Virus record (IMG/VR): IMGVR_UViG_3300005573_000165
Span: 1 to 40,103 of that record
From: a virus
Lineage: Duplodnaviria; Caudoviricetes
Length of the DNA stretch: 40,103 nucleotides
Direction: 5' to 3' (one strand)
Part shown: positions 28,367 through 36,320 of the stretch, piece by piece
How the letters are laid out: every line of letters starts with the position of its first letter
Position numbering within the stretch: position 1 is the stretch's first letter
The notes under the pieces: model-generated
What the model was told of the DNA's origin: nothing
The model's input: the letters and a program-made list of their open reading frames with translations, nothing else
Databases searched by the model: none
Position numbers and translations under genes: made by a program

Positions 28367-28442
28367 GGGGCGGCCGGGACCGTCGCTTCCCCTAAGCAGC
28401 TGACTCCCCCCAAGAGCCCACGGACAAAGCCCCGGCCGCCCC
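28367..28442 (+). ncRNA. Candidate structured leader upstream of primase-helicase
   Basis: 12-bp closing stem ggggcggccggg/cccggccgcccc enclosing small hairpins with C-rich loops. Confidence 0.4.
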
Positions 28443-28470
28443 CTTCTCGGTGCTCGAAGGGAGCGAGTGC

Positions 28471-30810
28471 GTGCGGGCGACAGACTTACTTCCTCGACTT
28501 CGCAAGGTCCGGCGGGCCGGGCCCGACAGCTGGCAGGCTCTGTGCCCCGCCCATGATGACCACCAGCCCTCCCTCTCCATAAGGGAAGCCGACGGCAAGA
28601 TCCTCCTGCGGTGTCACGCTGGCTGCTCAGCGGAGAGGATTGTGGCCGCGCTCGGCCTGACCATGGCCGACCTGTTCGAAGAGCCTCCGCGAAGAGAACG
28701 GCCGCCGGCCCAGGACGCAGGGGGCGGGCGCGAGATCGTCGCTCTCTACGACTACACCGACGAGGAGGGGAACCTCCTCTACCAGGTGGTCCGCTACAGA
28801 CCCAAGGCCTTCGCCCAACGGCGCCCCGACGGCCAGGGTGGCTGGATATGGGACCTGAAGGGTGTCCGGCCAGTGCTCTACCGGTTGCCCCAGGTCCGCC
28901 AGGCGGTGGTTGCGGGCGAGCCGGTCTTTCTCGTGGAGGGCGAGAAGGATGTGCACTCTCTGGAGGCGCTAGGCCTGTGCGCGACGACGCCATCCGGGGG
29001 ATCGGGGCGCTGGGACCGCCGCCTCACGGAGCAGCTGAAACTCGCGCACGTGATCGTCATCCCGGACAACGATGCGGCTGGCCTTGCCGCTGCCGCACAC
29101 AGGGCGCGCAGCCTCTGGGGACGCGCCGCCAGCGTGAAAGTCGTGCGCCTCGACGTGGCCGACAAGGGCGACGTGACGGACTGGCTGGCGGCCGGCCACA
29201 CGAAGGAAGAGCTTCTGGAGCTGGTCGCGAAGACCCCCAAGTGGGAGCCCGAGCCGCAGTCCCCGGTGGCCGCCCACGAGCTGCCCTACAACGAGGATGC
29301 GGAGCGCGCCGTGCTGGCCGCGATGCTCGCCAGCAAGGAGGCCATCTTCATCGCAGAGGCCCTTCTGACGCCGCGCGCGTTCTGGGTTCCCGAGCACGCG
29401 GTCATCTGCGAGGCGATCCTCGACCTCCACGGCAAGGGAGATCCCGTCGACGCGAGCCTGCTGCGGGCCAGGCTGCGCGAGCGCCAGCTCCTGCAGAAGG
29501 CCGGCGGCGACGAGGTGCTGCGGCGCCTGGCCTCGATCGAGGTGGATCCGCGCACGGTCAGGGCTCATGCTAAGATAGTGCTGGACTGCTGGGCGTACCG
29601 GGAGCAAGCCGTCGCGTGGGAGAGCTACCGGGAGGGCTGGCGGCGCACGGAGGCCGAGAAGCAGGAGCGGCGGGAGCGCCTGCTGGCCAGCCTCGACCTG
29701 TCTGCGCCGGCAGTGCTGGAGAGCGTGGGCATCGACGAGCTGCTGCGCATGGATGTCGACGTTCGCTGGCTCGTGAAGCCGCTCATCCCCCTGACCGGGG
29801 TTACCGTGATCGCGGGGGACAGCCGCCTCGGCAAGTCCTGGCTGGCCGTCAGCCTGTGTCACGCCGTCGCAAACGGGTTCCGCCAGTGGCTGGGTCACTG
29901 GTCAATCGAGCAGCGCGGCGGCGCGATGTACATCGACTACGAGCTCGGTCTGGCCGGAATGAAGGCCCGTCTGTTGGACCTGGACCGCGGGGCCGACGTG
30001 GAGACACCGCTGGGCAGCGGCGCTCTCAAGCCCGAGGAGGACGATTTCTTCGACGAGGAGGAGGAGCCGGAAGAGCCCGCCGGCGAGGCCCAGCGCCCCC
30101 TCCGGTACTTCGACGCCCCGGTGTGGCATACCGCCCAGATCGCGGCGCTGGAGCACGAGGTGCGGCGGTACCGCGTCAAGGTTATCGTCATCGACACCCT
30201 CGCCGATGCCGCCCCACCCTGGACGGACCTTCGGAGCAACAGCGACATGGGAAGGGAGATGCAGAGGCTCCGTCGGTTCGCGGCCAGAGTGGGATGCGCC
30301 ATCATCGTCGTGCATCACCGCCGCAAGTTTCAGCCGGGCATGGATCCCCACGACCTGGGGTCCTCGGTTCTCGGCGCGCAGGCGATCGTGAGCCGGGCGG
30401 ACTCGGTCCTGATGGTGACGGGCAGGCCCGACGGGCCGCGCATCATCTCGCACGAGAAGAGCCGGTTCTCGGAGGACGTCGCCAGACCGTTCTACCTCGA
30501 GAAGCTCGACGGCCCGCACGGCGGCTCGATCCTCATGCGGGGCGACTGGGTGAGCGAGACCGCCAGCGAGAGGGCCGAGCAGGCCGCCGACGCAGTCCGC
30601 AGACTGCTGCAGGGCGGCCCCATGCTGTCGGGCGAGCTGGCGCAGGCGGTCGCCAAGGAGGTGGGCTGCTCTGAGCGGCTGGCCAAGGAGGTCATGGCGG
30701 CCATGGGCAGGCGTCAGGAGGTGCTCCGCCGCAGAGAGGGAAGGCATGTCCGCTATGAGCTGGCCCAAGCGTCAGGCGAGGAGGCCGCGGAGGGTGCTGC
30801 GGACGCGTGA
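28471..30810 (+). CDS. Primase-helicase: Zn-binding + TOPRIM + DnaB-N-like + AAA_25/RepA-type helicase
   Basis: CPAHDD..PSLS..CHAGC; VEGEKD and PDND; PYNEDAERAVLAAML; Walker A GDSRLGKS; Walker B IVIDT; VVHH.RK. Confidence 0.88.
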   Translation: MRATDLLPRLRKVRRAGPDSWQALCPAHDDHQPSLSIREADGKILLRCHAGCSAERIVAALGLTMADLFEEPPRRERPPAQDAGGGREIVALYDYTDEEGNLLYQVVRYRPKAFAQRRPDGQGGWIWDLKGVRPVLYRLPQVRQAVVAGEPVFLVEGEKDVHSLEALGLCATTPSGGSGRWDRRLTEQLKLAHVIVIPDNDAAGLAAAAHRARSLWGRAASVKVVRLDVADKGDVTDWLAAGHTKEELLELVAKTPKWEPEPQSPVAAHELPYNEDAERAVLAAMLASKEAIFIAEALLTPRAFWVPEHAVICEAILDLHGKGDPVDASLLRARLRERQLLQKAGGDEVLRRLASIEVDPRTVRAHAKIVLDCWAYREQAVAWESYREGWRRTEAEKQERRERLLASLDLSAPAVLESVGIDELLRMDVDVRWLVKPLIPLTGVTVIAGDSRLGKSWLAVSLCHAVANGFRQWLGHWSIEQRGGAMYIDYELGLAGMKARLLDLDRGADVETPLGSGALKPEEDDFFDEEEEPEEPAGEAQRPLRYFDAPVWHTAQIAALEHEVRRYRVKVIVIDTLADAAPPWTDLRSNSDMGREMQRLRRFAARVGCAIIVVHHRRKFQPGMDPHDLGSSVLGAQAIVSRADSVLMVTGRPDGPRIISHEKSRFSEDVARPFYLEKLDGPHGGSILMRGDWVSETASERAEQAADAVRRLLQGGPMLSGELAQAVAKEVGCSERLAKEVMAAMGRRQEVLRRREGRHVRYELAQASGEEAAEGAADA

Positions 30811-30849
30811 GCTTCACCCCAGGCGCCGACAGACCACCCACGCGCGGCA

Positions 30850-31155
30850 CCTGTGCAACGTGTGCAGAACGCGTGCACTGCATATGTTCCGGACATGTGC
30901 ACTGCACATATGCAAAACGCACGCAGACGCGTGCAGGACATGTGCACTGCACATGTTCCGACGGACTTGTGCACTTGTGCAACGTGTGCATATATACATA
31001 CACTACTATTTCATACATACATTCATACGACGGGTTCTGCACCACATGTCCAACCTGTGCAGTGCAGGGCTGCATTTCACACGTCCCGGGCCAGAGCGGG
31101 TTCTGCGTCGCGCGCTGCTGCGTATGCAGTGCACGGCTGCGCTGCACACGTCCAG
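30850..31155. other. Probable replication origin (TGCA-based iterons around an AT-rich core)
   Basis: ggacatgtgcactgcacat at 30891 and 30936; tgtgcaacgtgtgca at 30852 and 30976; AT-rich 30990-31028; directly after primase-helicase. Confidence 0.7.
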
Positions 31156-31167
31156 GGGGGCTGAGCC

Positions 31168-31431
31168 ATGCCTGGCATAGATTGGTCAGACCCAGAGGTT
31201 CGGCGCGAATGGGACCGGGCGATGCGGGTGTTCGTCGGGGCGCGCACCGAAGAGAAGGAGGTGGCGCTGGCGAGGCACCTTCGCGAGCTGGCGAAGGAGA
31301 AGCCGCGGATCGCGGAGCTGTTTTGCCGGGGCGACGCCAAGCTGCGGGCACTCGTCTTCGATGAGCCGCAGCCCGACCGCGGGCAGGAGCAGCTGCCGCT
31401 GCCGGGCCTCGGGCAGGCAAGGGGGAGGTGA
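31168..31431 (+). CDS. Hypothetical protein
   Basis: 87 aa, first ORF after the origin. Confidence 0.6.
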   Translation: MPGIDWSDPEVRREWDRAMRVFVGARTEEKEVALARHLRELAKEKPRIAELFCRGDAKLRALVFDEPQPDRGQEQLPLPGLGQARGR

Positions 31432-31435
31432 CGAG

Positions 31436-31858
31436 ATGGCAGGAAGCACGGGAGACCGCGACGGAGCGTGCAGGTCACCCAAGATCGCGGAACAGCTGGA
31501 GGAGGCGAGGCGCACGGGATACTTCGTTGACGCCGGCGAGGTGGCCCTAGAGGCCTGGCGTCGCGACCGCCAGACCGCGGGTGAGCCCTGCGTCTGGGTG
31601 CTGCTCGGCCGTAAGACCTGCGAGGTCTTCCTTGACCTCAACGGCGCGGACTTCGAGGCGCCCGCAAGGGCGCTGCCGCACCTGGGACGGCTGCTCAGGG
31701 GATTCATAGCAGAGGGCGGCTCCTGCATCTGCTGCGGGCCGAAGGAGGCTGGTCTGTCCCGGGTCCCGCGCGACCGCGCCGAGGAGCTGGCGCGCATCCT
31801 GGTCCGCCGGGCCCGACGGTGGAAGGCGAAGCAGGCCCGGAAGGCGGTGCGAACGTGA
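31436..31858 (+). CDS. Hypothetical protein, paralogue A
   Basis: SD ggaggt; aligns by eye with the N-terminal half of the next gene. Confidence 0.65.
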   Translation: MAGSTGDRDGACRSPKIAEQLEEARRTGYFVDAGEVALEAWRRDRQTAGEPCVWVLLGRKTCEVFLDLNGADFEAPARALPHLGRLLRGFIAEGGSCICCGPKEAGLSRVPRDRAEELARILVRRARRWKAKQARKAVRT

Positions 31859-32637
31859 AGAAGCTGCCAGTGTGGCTCCTGAAGGCAAGGCGGAAGGGCT
31901 ACTTGGTGCGGCCGGACGCCAGCCCCCGCGCCTGGCTGGAGAGCGCAAAGGGCAAGCCATGGTGGCGCATCTGGCGCGACGACTGCCAAGCGAGAGGCGA
32001 GCCCAACATCTGCGTCTGGCGGGGCGACAAGCACTGCGGCGTGGCGCTGGACATCAGCGCCTTGGACTTCGAGCTGTCCGCGGAGGCGGTGTCCTTCCTG
32101 TACGGTCTGCTCTGGGGCTTCGCTGAAAAGGGCGCGTGCATCACTATCGGATCCAAGGGCGGCAGCGTTTCGAAGGTGCGACGCGAGCGGGCCGCGGAGC
32201 TGGCGAGGATCCTGCTGGGCCTCGTCTCCCGCTGGCGCATCGGCCACAAGTGGGCCGCCAAGTGCGCCGCAGCGGCATGCGCGGCTGAGCTCCAGGAGCC
32301 GCAGACGGGCGTGCGCGCCGCCGTGCGCCAGACAGAGGCGACGCGCCGCTGCGAGCGCAGGCTCAGCCGGATCCTGAGGTTCGCGGCCTGCCGCGCGGTC
32401 CCTGAGCTGGAGCTGCTCCGGGGCAGCTTCCGTCCCCTGGGAGGCCGCATCCGCTGGGCCGACATGGCCAAGCAGTGGAACCGGGCGAACCCGGAGGACC
32501 CTCTTAAGCCAAACCTGGAGCAGGTGCGCCAGAAGTGGGTGCGTGCAGGCAAACGCGTGGAGCGCTTGGCAGCAGCCACGGAGGAGGAACGTCATGCCGG
32601 AAGCAAGAGCCGTCGTGGGAATCGATCCCGGGGCTGA
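31855..32637 (+). CDS. Hypothetical protein, paralogue B with extra basic C-terminal domain
   Basis: GTGA overlap; shared ARR.GY.V, W..D.Q..GEP, LD....DFE and ELARIL blocks. Confidence 0.65.
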   Translation: MKKLPVWLLKARRKGYLVRPDASPRAWLESAKGKPWWRIWRDDCQARGEPNICVWRGDKHCGVALDISALDFELSAEAVSFLYGLLWGFAEKGACITIGSKGGSVSKVRRERAAELARILLGLVSRWRIGHKWAAKCAAAACAAELQEPQTGVRAAVRQTEATRRCERRLSRILRFAACRAVPELELLRGSFRPLGGRIRWADMAKQWNRANPEDPLKPNLEQVRQKWVRAGKRVERLAAATEEERHAGSKSRRGNRSRG

Positions 32638-33118
32638 TGGAGGCCTGTGCATCGTGTCGGGCGGCGCGTGCACCTGCCGCAGCCTCGCGGACCTGCAAGG
32701 AGCGCTGCAGACGCTGTCCGCCTGGGCCAGTTTCGAGCGCCCTTTGCTGGTGGCCCTGGAGGACACGCACGCCTTCGCCGGCGTCAGCGCCACGGCCAAC
32801 TACCGCGTGGGCTGGCATGGGGGGTTCTGGGAAGGCGTCGCCATGGCGCTGGGCCTGCCGCTTGTCCGCGTGTCCCCGGCCCGGTGGCAGAAGGAGGTCT
32901 GCGGCACGCTCCCGCGGGATCGCCGAAAGCGCAAGGAGGCGGTGGCCCGAGTGGCGCAGCGCCTGTGGCCGGCGGTCCGCCTGCGCACCCCGCGCGGGAG
33001 GCTGCTGGACGGGCTGGCGGACGCCATCTGCATCGCCGAGTACGCGCGAAGGCTGCGGCCGCCGGTCGGAGGGACGCGGTGCGGCGGCGAGCTAGAGAAC
33101 GGAGGTGTCAGACCATGA
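32594..33118 (+). CDS. RuvC-like Holliday junction resolvase
   Basis: VVGIDPG..GG, ALE, V.PA.WQK and DGLADAICIAEY motifs. Confidence 0.85.
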   Translation: MPEARAVVGIDPGADGGLCIVSGGACTCRSLADLQGALQTLSAWASFERPLLVALEDTHAFAGVSATANYRVGWHGGFWEGVAMALGLPLVRVSPARWQKEVCGTLPRDRRKRKEAVARVAQRLWPAVRLRTPRGRLLDGLADAICIAEYARRLRPPVGGTRCGGELENGGVRP

Positions 33119-34041
33119 AGCCGATGAGGGTGTACAGCCACGCCGACGACCTCGACGGGCTCTTCTCGGGGCTCGCGCTGTGGGCGCTGGGCCACGAGCA
33201 GCCGGTGTGGCTCACGTACGGGGAGGAGGGCCAGATCGGCGCCGGGCCGTGCATCGTCGCCGACCTGAACCTCCCGGACGATCACCCCGCTCTGGCCAAT
33301 GCCGAGACGGTGATCGTCGACCACCACGCCGACCGCCGCGGCCGGGTCCGGGCGCAGGTCGTCTACGAGCCGGGCCTGTGCTCGGCCAAATTGATCTCTC
33401 GGGCGATGCAACGGCTCGCGGCCGACGGCCGCGACGTCTCGTGCATCGAGCGCGCCGCCTTCGACAGCTTGGCCGACTGGGCCCAGGCCTCGGACTACAT
33501 GCTGGCCGACTCGCCGTGCTTCGAGCCGTCGCGCGCCCTGTCGGCGCTGGTTGCCGCGGCCGGCGTCGAGGCGATGGCGCGCGTCCTGCGACCGGACTGG
33601 CCGTGGCTGGTCGCGGAGCCCTCCCTGGTCAGCCTGGTTACGCTGGGCGCGGCCATGAGGCTGCGCGACCGGACGCGGGGGGAGGCCGCGGCGAGGGACT
33701 CGCTCTGGGCCGTCAGCGTGCCGGGCGTCGGCGCGGTGCACGTGGGGGTGCTGCCCCGCGGCTCGGTGTCCGAGGTGGGCCTCGCGCTGGCCGAGGAGCT
33801 CGGCGCGCCGGTGGCCCTGGTGGCCCTCCAGACCGCGCACGGCGCCGGCGGGGCGGTAACCGTGGGGGTGCGCGGGCCGGGCGCGAGGGCCGTGGCCGAG
33901 CTGATGGGCGGCGGCGGCCGCCCGCGCGCGGCGGCCTTCCGGCTGCCGTGGCGGGACCTGGCCCTCGGGCTGTCGGAGGCCGTGGCGGGACTGCTGCGCG
34001 GCCGCGCGCGGACCGGGGGGCTCGTCCCACGCAAGCAATGA
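33115..34041 (+). CDS. DHH/DHHA1-family phosphoesterase
   Basis: H.DDLDG, VAD, IVDHH and C-terminal GGGGR..AAAF (His of GGGH replaced). Confidence 0.8.
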   Translation: MKPMRVYSHADDLDGLFSGLALWALGHEQPVWLTYGEEGQIGAGPCIVADLNLPDDHPALANAETVIVDHHADRRGRVRAQVVYEPGLCSAKLISRAMQRLAADGRDVSCIERAAFDSLADWAQASDYMLADSPCFEPSRALSALVAAAGVEAMARVLRPDWPWLVAEPSLVSLVTLGAAMRLRDRTRGEAAARDSLWAVSVPGVGAVHVGVLPRGSVSEVGLALAEELGAPVALVALQTAHGAGGAVTVGVRGPGARAVAELMGGGGRPRAAAFRLPWRDLALGLSEAVAGLLRGRARTGGLVPRKQ

Positions 34042-34057
34042 CCGGGAGGTGCGAGAC

Positions 34058-34612
34058 GTGAACATGCAGACCGTGAACATGAAGGAGGAGATAGTCGGGA
34101 ACCTGCCCGTGCCGGACTGGTGGCCGGTGCAGCCGCTGGGCCGCGTGGCGCTGCTGACGATCCTCTCGCTGTTCGTCTACCTGTTGGTCTGGCTGTGGCG
34201 GGCGATGAGGGCGCTGGGCGCGGTCTGGGGCCGCTTCCGCCATCCGGGCTGGCGCACGCTGGGCCTGCTGGTGCCGGTCTACGGGCTGGTCGTCATCTGG
34301 GAGGTCCTCGACGAGGTCAGGAAGCGCCTGTCCGAGGTGGGTCTGAGCCCGGTCGCGCCGCCGTGGCTCTTCCTCACGGCCTGGCTTGTGTGCGGCGTGA
34401 CGTGTCACGCGCAGAACCCGGTCGCCTGCCTGGTGGGCGTCGGCTTCGTGCTGGGGGTCCTGCTCGGGGCTCAGCACGACCTGAACCGCCTGTTTGCGAA
34501 GCGTCACCAGCTCGGCGGACGGTGCGCGCCCTGGCGGCCCGGTGACACCGCAATCGCGGTGGTCTTCGGGATCATCTGGCTGGCGGCGATCGTCGCGGGC
34601 GGCGGGAGCTAG
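34058..34612 (+). CDS. Integral membrane protein (DUF4234-like)
   Basis: About 5 TM segments; LLTILSLFVYLLVW pattern; start uncertain. Confidence 0.65.
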   Translation: MNMQTVNMKEEIVGNLPVPDWWPVQPLGRVALLTILSLFVYLLVWLWRAMRALGAVWGRFRHPGWRTLGLLVPVYGLVVIWEVLDEVRKRLSEVGLSPVAPPWLFLTAWLVCGVTCHAQNPVACLVGVGFVLGVLLGAQHDLNRLFAKRHQLGGRCAPWRPGDTAIAVVFGIIWLAAIVAGGGS

Positions 34613-34617
34613 CAGCG

Positions 34618-34995
34618 GTGTACTGCCACTGGCGCATCTTCGACGAGCAGACCGAGGTGCACCGGTGCCGGCTCACCGGAGCCCAGGTGGACCCGGACTG
34701 CTGGGCGCCGGCGACGAAGCTGTGCGCGCCGAGGATCGTGCTTCGCTGGCGGCGCAAGGTGCTGCGGACCGCGCAGGTCCCGTCCGAGCTGCGCCGGGCG
34801 CTGACCATCGAGCTGCGCATCGCCGTCGTGCCCGCGACCCCGGCGGAGCGCAAGCGCCTGCGGGCGCTGCGACGCTCCCTGACGCTGGCGCAGCAGCGAG
34901 TGCAGAGGTGGCGGGAGCGAGCCGCCAGGATCGCCGAGACAATCGACGCGGTAGAGGAGGGGAAGTATCCCCGGAAGGGAGGAAAGCGACGATGA
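34618..34995 (+). CDS. Hypothetical basic protein translationally coupled to TasA
   Basis: 125 aa; Cys-containing N-terminus and coiled-coil C-terminus; ATGA overlap at 34992-34995. Confidence 0.55.
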   Translation: MYCHWRIFDEQTEVHRCRLTGAQVDPDCWAPATKLCAPRIVLRWRRKVLRTAQVPSELRRALTIELRIAVVPATPAERKRLRALRRSLTLAQQRVQRWRERAARIAETIDAVEEGKYPRKGGKRR

Positions 34996-35744
34996 GAAGG
35001 GCAGCGCCAACGCCTCTGGACCGCACAGAGCTGCGCGTCCTGGTGGAGGCGTACTACGATGTGCAGCAGATGCGCCTGGAGTGCGAGAACCGCATCCGGG
35101 CGGCCGTGGAGCGCCAGGGGCTCGATCCCGAGAAGGCGAAGGCCTTGCAGGACTGGATGGATGAGCGCCTGGCCCGCCAGGAGGCCGAGCTGCGCAGCAT
35201 GGTGAAGGACCGCATAAGGAGTGAGCCCGTGTGGAAGCTGTGGCTGAAGGATGTGAAGGGAGTCGGCCCCTGCATCGCCGGCGGCCTGTTCGCCTGGGCC
35301 GGCGACCTGTCGCGGTTCGACACCGTGTCCAAGCTGTGGGCCTACGCCGGCCTGCACACCGTCGACGGCCTGGCCCCCAGGCGGCAGCGCGGCCAGAAGG
35401 CAAACTGGAACCCCCGCCTGAGGGTCCTGGCCTGGAAGGCGGCCGAGAGCTTTGTGCGGTGCGGCGACGGCTACCGGCGGCTCTACCTGGAGGAGAAGGA
35501 GCGGCTGCGGCGCCTGCACCCCGAGCCGGTGCCGTGGGACCCGCCCCGGCTGAGGCGGGACGGGACGCCGCTGCTGCGGTTCTCGGGCGGGCACCTCGAC
35601 GCGATGGCCCGGCGCAAGGTCGCGAAGGTCTTCCTCGCGCACTACTGGCAGCGGGGCCGCGAGCTGGCCGGCCTGCCGACGCGCCTGCCGTACGTGATCG
35701 AGGTGCTCGGCCACACCGGGGTCATCCCGGTGGTCGAGAGGTGA
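34992..35744 (+). CDS. tasA: Nop-domain TIGR-associated protein, TasA type (no nuclease domain)
   Basis: ATG 34992 after ggaagggagg; coiled coil then VKGVGP.IAG.L...GDLSRFDTVSKLWAYAGL...PRRQRG..ANWNPRLR...H..A.RK..K.FL; no DEDD/RuvC or HNH domain; array begins right after the stop. Confidence 0.85.
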   Translation: MRRAAPTPLDRTELRVLVEAYYDVQQMRLECENRIRAAVERQGLDPEKAKALQDWMDERLARQEAELRSMVKDRIRSEPVWKLWLKDVKGVGPCIAGGLFAWAGDLSRFDTVSKLWAYAGLHTVDGLAPRRQRGQKANWNPRLRVLAWKAAESFVRCGDGYRRLYLEEKERLRRLHPEPVPWDPPRLRRDGTPLLRFSGGHLDAMARRKVAKVFLAHYWQRGRELAGLPTRLPYVIEVLGHTGVIPVVER

Positions 35745-35747
35745 GCG

Positions 35748-36187
35748 GCGAGCCGTGGGTGAGATGAGGCCCGCGATAAACTTGCGAGCCATGGTCTGAC
35801 AGAGACCCGAGCCCAAGATGCGAGCCGTGAGAACAGCGAGGCCCTGGCGTCCGATGCGAGCCGCGGACGGCTTGCGACCCAAGAGAAGCAGTGCGAGCCG
35901 AGTCCCTAGTGGGGTCCTTCGACCCGGTACGAGCCAAACTGGCGGCGAGGCCCGGACAAGCAGTGCGAGCCGCGGAGGGTGCGAGACCCAACAGACGTCT
36001 GCGAGCCAAAGTGGACGTGAGGCCCGGAAGCAGGGTGCGAGCCGTGATTGTCTTGAGACCGGACGGAGCACCGCGAGCCGCGCGACCCCTGAGGCCCGAG
36101 CAGCCAGTGCGAGCCCCAGTTCCTGAGAGGCCCGAAACGTCAGTGCGAGCCACGGGGTCTCTGAGACCCGTAAGTTCCGTGCGAGCC
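35748..36187 (+). repeat. TIGR-type dual-repeat guide RNA array, 12 units of 36 nt (one of 37)
   Basis: 13 copies of GCGAGCC (35748, 35784, 35820, 35856, 35893, 35929 as ACGAGCC, 35965, 36001, 36037, 36073, 36109, 36145, 36181) alternating with 12 GAG(G/A)CCC-like repeats, separated by unique spacers. Confidence 0.93.
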
Positions 36188-36232
36188 GGCCCGGCAGGGA
36201 CAACGAAACAAGTTGATGGGAGCTGAACGATC

Positions 36233-36320
36233 CGCGCCGCCGGACCGAGCTGGAGCTGGCGGTGTCGCTCGGCAAGCCCATTCTGCTGCTCGTCGAGGAG
36301 GGCCTGGAGGTGCCCGCTGA
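36233..36320 (+). pseudogene. 3' remnant of a nucleoside-deoxyribosyltransferase/DUF4406-like gene
   Basis: RRTELELAVSLGKPILLL resembles that family's C-terminal motif; no 5' part present. Confidence 0.35.

Noticed and set aside
28367-28442. tRNA
   Set aside because: Similar size and branching but no TTC T-loop, D-loop GG or 7-bp acceptor geometry
2510-30768. Long antisense/shadow ORFs (e.g. 2510-4453, 4450-6576, 22495-24657, 27305-28993)
   Set aside because: R/P/A/G-rich translations without motifs, opposite well-supported genes; typical high-GC artefacts
30746-31364. Cys/His-rich ORFs as a metallothionein-like protein
   Set aside because: Cys/His arise from TGCA/CACA DNA repeats in several frames and both strands; better explained as an origin
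34992-35744. IS110/IS116 transposase
   Set aside because: No N-terminal DEDD RuvC-like domain, no catalytic SG motif after YAGL, and no IS ends seen; only the shared Nop-like RNA-binding region is present
35748-36187. CRISPR array
   Set aside because: Repeats are only 7-9 nt and of two alternating kinds with 9-nt spacers; no cas1/cas2 or effector genes; geometry fits TIGR
35722-36226. ORFs overlapping the array (35818-36126, 35891-36226, 35722-36153)
   Set aside because: Open frames follow from the 36-nt period and high GC; one 37-nt unit breaks the peptide periodicity
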